NCBI RefSeq assembly: GCF_006345805.1
Contig: NC_042999.1
Location: 32,302,001-32,366,000, forward strand
From: Octopus sinensis
Lineage: Eukaryota
Length of the DNA: 64,000 bases
Direction: 5' to 3'
The translations under genes and the position numbers were made by a program. This document shows positions 12,741 through 25,414 of this stretch, piece by piece. The notes beneath the pieces were generated by a model. The model was given only the letters and a program-made list of their open reading frames with translations, did not search any database and was not told the origin of the DNA. The first letter of the stretch is position 1, and each line of letters opens with the position of its first letter.

Positions 12741-13428
12741 CTCAGTGGATTCTGAGTTGATAGATATGTATCTATCCACTCAATGGTGAACCACTTCTAC
12801 CCATTCATTGCCTAGCAGCTGCAACACCATTTTTATTTCAGTCGCATTTCTAGTGGGAGGTTTTTCTGGTAAACCCACCAGCGAATTTATTGTGTATACA
12901 TATTACATTACGTCATTACACTCAATTTTATCTGTTCTCCCGCTCACACATTTTCTCTCCCTGTGCACCTCTTCCCCCTCTCTCTCTATCTATCTTTGCA
13001 TATACAGCTTCCGTCATCTGGAATTTTCATGGACTAGTTCAACTCAGCAAATGTTCGGAAAATGCTGGAAAGAATTTTCAAATTATTTGGAATGCATTGT
13101 ACATATTTGCTCCATAATTGTTCAGTTAATCCTTTCATATCTCGTGGTTGTTAATGGTATGTAAGCAACCATGGCTTTTTATTGTTAGTTTCGTGTTAAG
13201 CAAATATTTTGCTTACGGTGTGCTGGCGTCATTTTATATATATTGAATGTCACTACATATTTAAATTAGATACCACCCATGAAGGAAAAGGACGACTTTT
13301 GCCGTATTTTAGGGAAAACTTTCATTTCGTATTCTATCAGTAAAGTTTACCGACATGGTAGGTTACGGATATGTAAACACACCAACGTAGGTGTCAAGTC
13401 ACGATGGGGGGGGGGGACAGACACACAC

Positions 13429-13474
<46 letters not shown>

Positions 13475-13642
13475 TATAGATATATATATATATGTTTAAA
13501 ATTATAACTTAGGGTATCTACGATATACCACCATGCTGAAAATAGCAGCCAGGATCTGACTCTAAAACCACAGTAAATGTTCATATAGCACGAGGAGAGA
13601 CGACAGAAAGACAAAATAAATCTAGTAAAAAATTACTGGATA

Positions 13643-13701
13643 ATTCCAGATCCTGGATTTCTGTCTTTGCATTTAGAATTTCTTTGCCTCATCAGTGGAA
13701 T
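13643..13701 (-). ncRNA. Type I hammerhead ribozyme motif (minimal, PLE-type)
   Basis: Minus strand reads ATTCCA-CTGATGA-[27 nt]-GAAA-TCCAGGA-TC-TGGAAT. Stem I is a perfect 6 bp, the core is intact, stem III is near-palindromic, and the cleavage triplet is AUC. Stem II is poorly paired. Confidence 0.6.
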
Positions 13702-13721
13702 ATAGGACGAGAGAAACATAA

Positions 13722-13758
<37 letters not shown>

Positions 13759-13929
13759 CAACATATGAATATTTACATATGCGAACGTATACATACATAT
13801 TTATACACGTATGCATCATGACTAGTTTAAAATGCCCGCTTATTAACTCCATGAGCGATATGGTTAAAACATCACTGCACTAAATACAATGATGAAACAA
13901 AATTAAATTTATATATATATATATATATA

Positions 13930-14092
13930 TACGAGGACTTATTTTAGTTTCCGTCTACGAAATCCTCTCAGAAGGCTTTGCTCGGCTCGAGGCTGTAATA
14001 GAAGATACTTGCCCAAAGTGCCACGCATTGGGACTGAACCCAGAACTGTGTTGTTTGGAAGCAAGCTTCTTACCATGCATCTACTCCCGCGA
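13930..14092 (-). mobile_element. SINE family A, 5' half
   Basis: Contains TTTCCGTCTACGAAATCC...GGGACTGAACCCAGAAC, homologous to the head and core of 42913-43317. Confidence 0.8.
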
Positions 14093-14379
14093 CTATCATC
14101 GTGTTACAAATAAGTACACACGAAGAAAATTATATGGTTATAATTTCTACGGTGACAATAATCTTCTATAGTCTGGTATAATGTGTGGGACAGATAGGCC
14201 TACGATTTTTCATGCGGATTATTAGCGCCCAATGGTTGACGTTCATAAACTGATCCAAGTGGATCTTTAACCTTCCTCTACAAACCGTAAAGTTCAACCG
14301 GTAGAAAGCTTGTTACATATTGTTGCGCGAGTTTAACGTCTCATAACGTGGAACTATCAATGCTAAACTAGAGAGGACG

Positions 14380-14740
14380 CTGTGCGATATATGGTAAAAC
14401 ACCGTATAGATATCTTGGGTAAATCACGCTCAAGATGTTTTTGAATAGATAGGGTCTCGCAAATCAACATTCCGTTATCCCCCATCAACATAGTAAGGAA
14501 TTAAGTGAAAGTAAAAATGTCAAGAATCATACAGCATTAAATTGCTCACTTTTTAAGCGTTCTTTGAATGCACATCTTGATCCGATGGCAATGTAAGTGC
14601 AACACGTCGCAATCGTGTCTGAACAACCGATAACCTGCATAGGCAGAGATCCTAGAACTGGAAATTCAATGCCTCTTATTCGGCGCTCAAAGACTTCACT
14701 GTTCTATTTAAGGTGTTCGCTGTAGTAATCACCAGTGATG
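14380..14740 (-). mobile_element. Possible LINE apurinic-endonuclease remnant
   Basis: Minus frame GYRLFRHD (14606-14638) resembles the APE motif GY..FR.DR. Flanks are too decayed to confirm. Confidence 0.3.
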
Positions 14741-14893
14741 GTGGCTTTCACTGAACAAAGAGATTAGATGAATCGGAAAGGAATATTAAGGAAATAACGA
14801 TGGAAAATTATATAGTTTTGAATTAACATCTTAGGAAAAGGCAAGTGGTGGAAATAGCACCTGCACGCCACACGAAGCCGTAGTGTTAAATAA

Positions 14894-15006
<113 letters not shown>

Positions 15007-15076
15007 CACATATAAATATATATATGTGTGCATATATATGTATGTATATATTTGTGTATATATATACATATGTATA

Positions 15077-15110
15077 CAGGTGTTGGACAAAATAGTGGAA
15101 ACACCTAACA
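15077..15110 (+). mobile_element. Tc1-type terminal inverted repeat (single end)
   Basis: TA|CAGGTGTTGGACAAAATAGTGGAAACACC resembles Tc1 TIRs; I did not find the partner TIR in the window. Confidence 0.45.
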
Positions 15111-15379
15111 TCATAGCATAATAATTATCAAATATAAAACCGTCAAAACCTGAATTATTTCTATGTTCTTTGCTACATACTCTATGGCATCAAAACAGGT
15201 ATCTGCAGCAAAGTAAGCCGGAAATATCACACCTTTCCTCTATGGAAATGATAACTTAAAGGTCTTCACATTTCCACAATAGTTTTGACAGTTTCGCTTG
15301 CAAAACATCCTTCTCCCAGATTCACCTTAATCTGTGCGATTACATGTCGTCACCGAGTCTCCGATAAACATAGCTGAAG

Positions 15380-16130
15380 GAAATGCAAAGCAAACTGTTC
15401 GAAAATTAGAAAAAATTTTAGACGTCAATCATAACACAACTTAACGAACTAGAAAGGTTGACTAGGTTTGGTCAGAGCGTTCCTCCCAAAAAAACATGCT
15501 TCTCAGCTAAACCGAAGACTTACCCACCGCTCGTCAATAAAGTTTAGACTTGCTACTGGATATTGCCTCGTTAGTATCCTTGCAAGCGATGATAAGAGGG
15601 TTCCCTATAATCATATTCAAAGAAAATGTCAATGGCTAGAACCGAATACAAAAGTAAAAAATGAAAATCTATCCGAAAACCAGGACGATACAAGAAAACA
15701 TTTATATTCGGCGCTTGGTATGATATGAAGTGATAAACCGAACCGATACTATTAGTCGTCAATAGAAAACATTAGAAATACATTGCAGATAAAGCGCCTA
15801 TTATTAATGAATTGGTATTATTACGCGATAATATGAGACTGGGCATTAACCGGACATTCCTGAGGAAAATATGGTGTTAAGCAATAGATTTACCTTTTGC
15901 CACTCACTCTCCTGACATTGGCCTATCTCATTATTATCTTTTTGTCGATGGAAAAATTCCTCAGCGACTATAAATTTCTTATTGTCAAGAGGTAAAAATC
16001 TATTTTGAGAGTTCATTTGATTCAAAACCTTCAGAATTTTACGCCAAAGGAAACAAATATTTGACAAATAGATGGGCAAAATTTCAGTAATGAGCGGGAT
16101 AGTATATTAATTAAATAGAGAAGCAATTGT
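15380..16130 (+). mobile_element. mariner (DD34D) transposase relic
   Basis: KQTVRKLEKILDV (HTH); ILASDDKRVPYNHIQRKCQWLEP ~ IVTGDEKWVLY.N.KRK.QW; LPFATHSPDIGLSHYYL ~ HPPYSPDLAPSDYHL; FDSKPSEFYAKG...L..RW. Many stops. Confidence 0.8.
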
Positions 16131-16181
16131 TTGTGTCTCATCTCTAATTTCAAAAAAGTTAATTAATAATTTAATATGTAA

Positions 16182-16258
<77 letters not shown>

Positions 16259-16413
16259 TACATACATACATACATACATATATACATACATACAAAAATA
16301 CATCATGTATGTATATCTATCTATTTAACTATATGTGAATTTATCTATATATGTAAACATACATACACACGCAAACATGCGCACACGCACGCATACATCC
16401 ACACACACACACT

Positions 16414-16445
<32 letters not shown>

Positions 16446-16509
16446 AACACGCACGTTCACATATATTGCGACTTAAAGTTAAGAAATATTGCTATAGAAA
16501 ACTAGCTCA

Positions 16510-17440
16510 TTCAGGAACAGATTACCGAATGAAATGATACAGAATATCTAAAGCTGCGGCAGGAGACTAGACTGCTCTTGGTCAAAGTGGAACTAGTGGT
16601 ACTGTTAGGAGTGAGATCAAATTTCAGCGATATGAGATGCATTAGAAACGATACGTAATTAAACTGCGTGGGGAAGTGGTGTATGGTCGGCCTTTGAAGC
16701 GGTGGATGTGACAGAAACATAGCTGGCTTGGGAAGGCGGCGAGCTGGCAGAAACGTTACCACGCTGGGCGAAATGCTTTACGGTATTTCGTCTACCGCTA
16801 CATTCTGAGTTCAAATTCCGCCGAGGTCGACTTTGTCTTTTATCCTTTTGGGGTCGATTAAATAAATAACAGTTACGCACTGGGGTCGATGTAATCGACC
16901 TAATCCGTTTGTCTGTCCTATTTTGTCCCCTCTGTGTTTTGCCCCTTGTGGGCAGTAACGAAATAGAAATAGTTATTTCGTCTGCCGTTACGTTCAGAGT
17001 TCAAATTTCGCCGAGGTAGACTTTGCCTTTCCTCCTTTCGGGGTCGATAAATTAAGTACCAATTACGCACTGGTGTCGATGTGATCGACTTAATCCCTTT
17101 GTCTGTCCTTGTTTATCCCCTCTATGTTTAGCCCCTTGTGGACAATAAAGAATAAGAAACATAGCTGGCGTGGGGTGTCAGAAGTATGGTTGTCAGTGAA
17201 TGTGGGTGTCTGATAGCTACGCGTATGACAGTTATACCGGTGTGTGTTTGACAGTGTGCAAGCTGCCCTGTGGGAGAGACATGGCATGTGTATGTGAGCT
17301 GAAGGCATTATCTCGTTGATGCATATGTGCATGTCTGGTAGGGTGTGTTTATGTCTGGGCACAGGTGCGAATCATTCGTGAGTGTTCAAGTAGGAAGATA
17401 TCTAGGTGTAGGTTAACATATATGCAGAAACCCACAACCG
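16510..17440 (-). mobile_element. Probable PLE GIY-YIG remnant (second type) interrupted by a SINE dimer
   Basis: Minus frames give HMPCLSHRAACTLSNTHRYNCHTRSY (cf. PC...RC.TC...SNT). The host sequence is continuous across the TSD at 16713-16727/17155-17169. Confidence 0.4.
16728..17154 (+). mobile_element. Dimeric tRNA-derived SINE (family B) with 15-bp TSD
   Basis: Two tandem units, each with GAGTTCAAATT(C/T)CGCCGAGGT...GGGGTCGAT...GCCCCTTGTGG; the second lacks the A-box end. Flanked by the direct repeat AGAAACATAGCTGGC at 16713-16727 and 17155-17169. Confidence 0.9.
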
Positions 17441-17489
17441 CTATTCGCCACCCCCTCACCTGAAGAGTACCACAAAGAGAAAGATTGTC

Positions 17490-18070
17490 TAGTTCAACCC
17501 TGCATTTAATCCAAATGTTTTCACGGACCTAGCCAAGGTTTTCTGTTGTTGATGAAGAAACTTTTCCCCAGAGGCCACAAACTCTATAAACGCTTCAAAC
17601 TTCATATCATAAAGAGGAGCGACGCCTGCTTCGATAACATCTCTTCTAAAATTGCACGCTACAATTGATGCAAAACAAATGCACCCGTACAACCTCCAAA
17701 GTAAGTTGGAACTCTCGAAATTCTACTAGCTGCCCTCTAGGAGGATGCCCCCACTCAAAGACTGTTATGAACAGAGCTACGTTCACACCATCAGATAGCG
17801 TCTCAAAGTATTACACTTCCATGAGTGTAAATGACATCAAATGAGGGTACATACAGCATAAGCATTGGATTAGATTCAGGGCAAGAGAATTCCAGCACTG
17901 TCTCTCCTTTTCTCTCGAGACACCACAACCTGCGGAAGGAAACGCCGTCGACGAATGGACCAGAATCGACAGAGCCTCAACTTTCTCATCAATCTCCCGA
18001 CAGTGCCAGCCTGTCTCCCCAAGAAAATGTGTATTCTTCACTAACTAGCAGTATGTAGCAACAGGAAATA
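17490..18070 (+). mobile_element. PLE C-terminal/GIY-YIG remnant
   Basis: FNPAFNPNVFTDLAK..., PRGHKLYKRFKLHIIKRSDACFDNISSKIARYN, SCPLGGCP, KYYTSMSVNDIK*GYIQHKH: a decayed WFNPP.S..V.T / H.L.KIFN / CPL.G.C / Y.G...FK.RY..H series. Confidence 0.75.
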
Positions 18071-18943
18071 CATATATTTATGCTGCCATGAATGTTAAGC
18101 CATCATCCTGAACTTCAAACTACTGGCTGTCAACATCTTTAACATAGGTTGCACTTCAACACTGGCTGCCCCACAACCAAATGACAGGGATCCTGGTCCC
18201 CAATGCCTATGCAGAGTACAGACCGACCACCGAAATTACACATCCCCTGTGATCCATTAGATTCGCCTATATAAATGTAGCTGTTTGCATACAAACGCAC
18301 ATATACACACATATGTACTTAGGTATTTTCAGCAATATATTTCAATTTCTATATCACGACCGATACAGAATTTAAACTCACAGACATATCATACGGTGCA
18401 TCCTGAGCATTGGGAGATAGGTACAATGTTAATGATTCATATCATGAAATAGTATTGATATGATGTCAGTTTACACCGACAAGATTGCTATGTTACCTGT
18501 CACGGGGCACTGAATTTTGGGTTCAGATTTCGGCTCCATTCCAACAAGTTTGTACTTTATATATTGCCAAAGATCGGAAGAAAGTAAATTTAACTCGAAG
18601 GTAGTTTAGACCACCGCTGTGCAATGAGTAAATGTAAATGGAACCTTCTAGACTGCAATTTGGACTCAGGATATTAATGTCCAAAATTAACATCATAGCA
18701 TTTATTTCACGTTCTAAAGATTCTGCCAGTTCGTTGAGCTGCTGTTACACACATGCTAATAGTGAAAGTCTTTCTAATGTTCGTTCATACCTCTTCCTAC
18801 CTTTCAGTTTAAATTGTCATATGACATATCTTTACGCTTAATTCATTTAGCATTAATCGGATTTATATAGCCACATTTATTAATTTTATTGATTACTTTA
18901 TCCTCACCCAGAAAGCTAAATTGTTATTAAGGTTTATTTCTAG

Positions 18944-19122
18944 ATGTCATTTCCTCAAGCCAAAGACATAGGTAATTAAAATGTAGCGTGACCTTCTGGT
19001 TGAAGGGATTTAGACGAGGCAATCAATTCCGATATTTTATTGAAATTTACAGTTCTAGTGCGTGGAAGAATGAAGACAGAGGATATTATTAGTTTCATTC
19101 GAACACACGGCAATATTTTCAG
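18944..19122 (+). CDS. Candidate exon pair (18944-18971, 19053-19122): MSFPQAKDI|VLVRGRMKTEDIISFIRTHGNIF
   Basis: Acceptors tttatttctag and gaaatttacag; donors AG|gtaatt and AG|gtagct; 81-nt intron; only one phase is open through both exons. Confidence 0.3.
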
Positions 19123-19420
19123 GTAGCTAAATATTACAGTGTACCTTAACTGCTTATACCACGCTCTACATTTGTTTCTCCGTAAATGTGACAGAACTAA
19201 CAAGCACGGTTTTTGCAACTTGCTGAACATGTTAACTTAAAAATCATTCTATGTCTGGAATAGACAGCTAAGTCACATTTTAGTAATTCATATTAACAAA
19301 AAGTATTCGTGAAATAATGCGTTTTACTTTACAGAGATTTCGAATTATTTTTGCAATAGTTTATTTGAATAGAGACATCTACAGTCATGTAGTATATATA
19401 TATATATATATTATATATAT

Positions 19421-19473
<53 letters not shown>

Positions 19474-19543
19474 TTATATAATGTGCGCGTGTATATACAT
19501 GTGGGTTTATGAGTTTTTGTGTACATATATATATGTAAACAAA

Positions 19544-19582
<39 letters not shown>

Positions 19583-20329
19583 GTCATAGATAGGTAGTTT
19601 AGAAAAAAGGGGCGAGAAAGAGGGGGAAATCAAATGTATATTGTGAATCAGAATTGTTAAAGTGCAAGTTAGCCAAGCGTTTCACACTATGAACGTGTAG
19701 CTCTTAACTAAGCCGGGAATTGGGAAGAAATAATTGGCATGGCACCAGCTGCAAATATTACCTTATATTTTTTCAATCGAAACATTTCTATGCTCACAGG
19801 AAGCTATCGCAAAACTTTGGACACATTTTAGGAAAAATATCATAATGTAAAATGAGTTGAGTGCTTGTTAACAACAGTTAATTAAAAGTGCAACCATTGT
19901 CATTTAAGAGATATTATCTTCATACATTCTTCATAATCATCTGTCGGATAATATAAATGCAGGAATTATTAATGAACTAATCACCTCACTATTGAACACA
20001 AACCATGGATAAATACATATGACTGTAAATAGCATTAGGATCATTTGTTTCATTCTTGTTCATTTTAAATAATTCTCTTAACATATTAACACCCATGGCA
20101 TATCTTAATGTATTTATACGCCTGTGTACTAGTTATAGATCGTACATACATAACTTGTAGACACCCTACTTAATGTGTATGCATATACATATCTGTGGGC
20201 ATATCTACGTATACACACACACGCTTACACATGTAGACACACATTCATGTGCACACACAAACAAATACACGCTCATATACACACACACGCAAAGAAATAC
20301 ACGCACATACACACACGCATATATATATA

Positions 20330-20330
20330 T

Positions 20331-20385
<55 letters not shown>
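20330..20385. repeat. (GATA)n microsatellite
   Basis: Direct reading. Confidence 0.95.
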
Positions 20386-20649
20386 TGCATATATGTTCTC
20401 ACACATGCGCATGGATATACACACACACAAACACAAACACATACACATATATATGTACACTGTCAAATACATATACACACACAATCCTTATGTGCCGTGC
20501 GCAATATCTCCCCTGCTTACAGTTCTGGTCCAGTAAAACCATTTATAATTATTGCTTGAATATGGCATCGCTATTTTTAGGTAGGTTTTATAAGTTTGTG
20601 CAATCACCTGTATTTTCATTATGACACACGCAGTACGTGAGATGCCTAC

Positions 20650-21280
20650 CAAGGCTCAGTGATCATACGAACACTTATATACGCACTGCTAGATGGCCGT
20701 TGACTTACATCGGCCATTGTATGGATATTTTTTCTTGAAATAATGTGTCGTAATACTAGTCTCTTCCCCAAGCATATTTTGCAGGCTTTCATGTTTAGAT
20801 TTGACAAACCAACCAGTACTATATTTTCCTTTAATCTAATTACAGCACATATTCTCAAAAATCGCAGGCTCGCTAGACACTCCCACAAGACCAACACAGT
20901 AATGTAAGGAGTAACTATACCACTGATGACCTCCATCTTGTCAGTTCTCACCTCACCATCACTGCTTGGTCAAAGACATCTACCTGAAAAATTTATATCA
21001 CTATTATTAGTACTCTAGTTGTAAATATTCTTTCAACCATCTCCATCACTACTAGACCAGTGTAATAACTATAATTTTTACTTTGACTGTCACCCAGAAT
21101 TTCACCATTACACTCACTATCACAATTTTCATCATATTCATAGCAATGTTTATCAAGACACCCGGTATATGCTGCGGAGAATTAGTGGATGGGCACATCG
21201 TGGAAACGCAAGTATGTTTTCAACACTTTGATGTAATTAAAGCGGTACAGAAATTTAACTTATTCTCTGAAACTTGGTGA
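20650..21280 (-). mobile_element. PLE GIY-YIG remnant (3' part of a split element)
   Basis: Minus: KHT(L)RF..., SGRCL, SNLNMKACKICLGKRLVL ~ KRC.LCL.EKL.I. Confidence 0.6.
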
Positions 21281-21464
21281 GGATAATAAAAGAAATTCAA
21301 AAAGAAAACTGTATTTATAACTTTACTCCATAATGAAAATGAGTAAATATAAAATTTTACCTGGTCCTGAAATTCTTACATACAGCGTCATTAGTCCAAA
21401 CTACGACCAGATAGCCAAGCGAAAACAAAGATTAATGTACGAATATTTACACATGTAAACATTT

Positions 21465-21536
21465 ACATATTATTATTATCATTATTATTATCATTATTAT
21501 TATTATTAGTATTACTATTATTATTATTATTATTAT

Positions 21537-21569
<33 letters not shown>

Positions 21570-21715
21570 CAGTAGTAGTAGCAGCAGCAGCAATAGTAGT
21601 AGCAGTAGTAGTAGTACTAACAGCAGCAGTAGTAGTAGGGTTGTTGTTGTTTTTATTTTTATTATTATTATTATCATCATCGTGATAATGATGATCATCA
21701 TCATGATCATCATAA
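21465..21715. repeat. Compound trinucleotide array (ATT/AGT/AGC/GTT/ATC)
   Basis: Direct reading; source of the poly-L/I ORF 21447-21713. Confidence 0.95.
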
Positions 21716-21900
21716 TGGCCTAGTGGTTAGGGTGTTGAATTTACATATCGCTGGTTGTGGTTTCAATTCCTAGAACGGGTTGTGCGTTGTGTTATTGAGC
21801 AAAACATTTCATCTTACGTTGCATTATTCACGTTCAAACAATATCGATTTGATGGAGAATATGCGGCAGGAACATTAGATGATTAAGAACAAATCATTTG
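21714..21900 (+). mobile_element. tRNA-derived SINE (family C), degraded
   Basis: A box TGGCCTAGTGG (21716-21726) and B box GGTTTCAATTCC (21759-21770), followed by GTTGTGTTATTGAGCAAAAC, which matches 58652-58938 in reverse. Confidence 0.7.
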
Positions 21901-21956
21901 TGTAAGTCGTACGGCATAAACTGAGCGCTTAGTCTTCGTCTACGAGAAGAGAGTCC

Positions 21957-21992
21957 GTTATTATTGTTGTTATTATTATTATTATTATTATT

Positions 21993-22023
<31 letters not shown>

Positions 22024-22140
22024 CTTATTCGACTGTGAACATGAGATCTCAAGAACCGCTAGCTATTATCCGATGAAACTTTCTGGATGTTTGGCCTCGT
22101 GACTGGCACGAACTGCTTAAAGTTTGGGATGAATCCGGTA
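21957..22140 (-). mobile_element. LINE 3' end with (CAA)n/(TAA)n tail, probably R4/Dong-like
   Basis: Minus NIQKVSSDNS*RFLRS ~ QK.ALL.TA.ILR.VL, immediately followed by a trinucleotide tail. Confidence 0.4.
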
Positions 22141-22149
22141 ATAAGAGAA

Positions 22150-22660
22150 GGATTTCAATTTCCTAAAATTAAGACTTTATTAAGGAGTATGAGTGAAATA
22201 AAAGAGTAGTAACAACTAAAGTCAAATTGAAGGACGAAGTACCTACTTATATTCTTTATATTGGAGAACCAGTGTATAACGTGTATAACGCCGTTAGTAT
22301 TGGACCATAGATTAAAAGAGATTTGGGAAAGCAGAGAAGAAATAGTTTTATTCAAAATAGCTTTGCTTACAGGTTCGATGTCGTAGGGCATAGAAGCCTC
22401 ACTGTAAGGTTATCCCTTAAGTTGTCCTCGTGGTCCTTTAAGTTGAACCTTGGTTTTCTAGTTCTACAGGGTTCGTTGGCATTTCAATTTGATATTTCCA
22501 ATGATAAGGAATGATTCGCTTCCAAAAGCGTCCAGACCACGTGTATGTAGGAGTGCATTTCTGCACTTAAAGATGCGTTCAAAATTGTTTCTTTCATAAT
22601 GTGAACAGCAAGAACATTATCATAATAAAATGATTTCTGCCAATACAATCTTTAAATATT
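22150..22660 (-). mobile_element. PLE reverse transcriptase remnant
   Basis: FNLKDHEDNLRDNLTVRLL and VSKAILNKTISSLLSQISFNLWSNTNGVIHVIHWFSNIKNISRYFVLQFDFSCYYSFISL ~ ITLKDHKDNF...VRLINP / W.NT..VI.WF..I..K....F.QFD..FYPSIS. Confidence 0.85.
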
Positions 22661-22769
22661 TTGAAGAAGAGCCATGGGTACTGATTTCTACTGGAAATGG
22701 GTTTATCGATATGAGAGAATTCTATGTTCACTTTTTCCATCGTGCAGGTTGATATACATATACATTTTT

Positions 22770-23110
22770 TTTGTTTTTTACTTTTTCAGTTATTTGACAC
22801 CGGTCATGCTGGAGTACCGCCTTTAGTCGAACAAATCGAACCTACGACTTATTCTTTGTTAGCCCAGTACTTACTTTATCGGTCTCTTTTGCCGAACCGC
22901 TAAGTTACGCGGACGTAAACACATCAGCATAGCACGCCGGGTAAAATGCTTAGCGGGATTTGGTTCCTCTTTACTTTCTCAGTTCAAATTTCGCCTTGGT
23001 TAGCTTTAACTTTCATTCCTCCGGGGTCGATATATTATCAGTTGAATACTGGGGACGATGTAATCGACATGCTTCCTCTCCGAATTTACTGGCGTTGTTC
23101 CAGAATTTGA
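22770..23110. mobile_element. Adjacent SINE fragments: family A 3' half (-) then family B (+)
   Basis: 22770-22930 matches the family A tail; 22930-23110 has CAGTTCAAATTTCGCC...GGGGTCGAT of family B. Confidence 0.75.
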
Positions 23111-23600
23111 AATCAATATTTATGATAAACATGTCAGCACTATTTTTTATGCATGGATAATTCCTGAGTTGTTATGTAAAATATGTATGTAATACATGTC
23201 TCATTTTCTTTAATAGTCTGCATTTTTATTCGTTGCCAAGTCTTTCAGTAATGCAGCAAATGTTACTGTTGTCCTTCCCCAACTTTTAGATATTTCTATG
23301 TACCTAACTATGAATTTAAATAACATTTACCTTTTCTACGATTTCTTGTTAGCTGCTCCAATATGCCCATCAGTCGGAAAACAATGCAATTACTGAGTTG
23401 AAATCCAATTGTTATTCTGCGATATATATATATATATAAAATACATACATATATATATATATATATATAAATATGCATATATATATATATATATATCTAT
23501 ATATATTTATGATATATATAGGTATATATTATATATATATGTGTGTGTGTGTTTATAGCTATACATATATATATGTATATCTGTATGTATCTCTCTCTCA

Positions 23601-23657
<57 letters not shown>

Positions 23658-25414
23658 CACTGTAGTGGTGGTGGCTGTCCTGTACAATATATCTAGCCTT
23701 AACTCGCAATAAAGTTCATTATCTCAGATTCAAGCAGGAATTGTATATCCAGCAAGAAACACTTTTTAAATGGGTAAAGGGACGAGCAACGAAATTAATG
23801 GTGTCTCTAAATTTATGTTTGTTTACTGTAAACGATCAGTATGTCATCTTTATCTTTACGTTTGATGGTGCTTTAGGTTTCGAATCTGGCTGTGCTCAAA
23901 CTTAAATTAATTTCTGTTAGTAACGCGGTTGCTCCGGACATGGGATGTATTTGCATGCTTATAATTTCTCATATTTGCAGATATATTGCCGATAAATATC
24001 TTTGTAAAAATATTAATATATTCTGTAGTTTTCGGTATATAAATGGACTGATGACGATACTGGACATATAAAAAGTGCTTTATTTCCGTAAACGTAGGTT
24101 AGTAGAATATATCAATATGGAATTAGAGAATTTAAAAGTCTGTAATCAGAAAATAGAAATTTTCAAAGAAATAATTTCTTAGTTTCTCTCCATGTAATAT
24201 TATGATGCTATGCTAGATACGTAACTATTTTTATTAAAATACGGACACATTTCGCATATGGATTTTCATTTACATACAGCTGTGGGTATGTATGCGTGTG
24301 TGTGATAGAGAAGAAGAGAGAGAAACAGAGACAGAGACAGAGACAGAAAAAAACAGAAACAGAAAAACAGACAGACAAAGAGTGAGGCACAAACATTCAC
24401 TAAATCACATACACATTAAAGTACTTCCATTTTTGAAATCAGTAAATTAATTTGTATATACATGTTAAACCATAAAAAAGTAACAGATAATATGGCAGTT
24501 ATACATCTATAATACATTAAATTCTATTTCAGTTTCAGAAATGAAGCGTAAATACGTTATTTTTGTTCGTTTTCTTTTCAAGTGATGTTAATTCTTCACA
24601 TAAATTTTGGTAGTAGATTTTTTTTAGCATAGAAAATATATTACATTAATTTATGTTTGAGTAGGTGGATTTCTAGGTCCTACCGAAAGTTTAATTATCA
24701 GAAGTATCACAGTTTAAACATTAACATCACAAAGCTTATTCTGTAGATACTGACGGCAGCTTTATATACAATAGCCATTGTAAAATTCAAAGTTATTATA
24801 TAAGGAAAAACATTATAAAAAAATAATTTCAAGGCATATTTTAAATATTTTCTCATTATTACCCTATATGTTTTCTCCCATTTTCTAACATTAATTTCTA
24901 TTTCTAATGAGTCTAAAACTTAATGACGATATATTTATTCAATCAAATGTTTTCAGCTAATTAGAAAACCTGTTTCCAAGCCATGTATGTGTGTGTATGT
25001 ATGTGTGCATTTAATAACAAAAATATGCATTCCTCCATGAATTTGTAACGCAAAGCATTTCAACAATGGTAAATGTTTTTAATTATAATGACAAATGTAA
25101 TTATTATATACACGAATACACACATGCACGTAACAGAGAATACATGTCTATATGTGTATGCATGAATCTATATATTTATATATATATATATATATATATT
25201 TCGGTGAGTAGATATGTATAAGTGCGTTCATGCTTGTATGTATAATAATAATCCTTTCTTTTGTAGGGAAAAGGCCTCAAATTTTATGGATCTAGTTAAT
25301 TACTTTGACAATACGCAAGTGAACCTCGGCCAAATTTGAACTCAGATCATAAAGAGGACGAAATACCGCAGTGCATTTTGCCTGGGTGATATCATCACTT
25401 TGGTATAGTACGGG

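Noticed and set aside
17455-17495. CTGAAGA...GAAAGATTGTCTA hammerhead-like string
   Set aside because: Stems I and II do not pair.
18470-18581. Open exon-like frame FTPTRLLCY...DRKK
   Set aside because: The 3' half looks like a decayed reverse family B SINE.
21160-21215. CTGCGGA...GAAACGCAAGTA hammerhead-like string
   Set aside because: Core is altered, stem I does not pair, and it lies antisense within PLE coding remnant.
21714-21785. tRNA-like sequence
   Set aside because: No complete cloverleaf; it continues into SINE body, so it is a SINE head.
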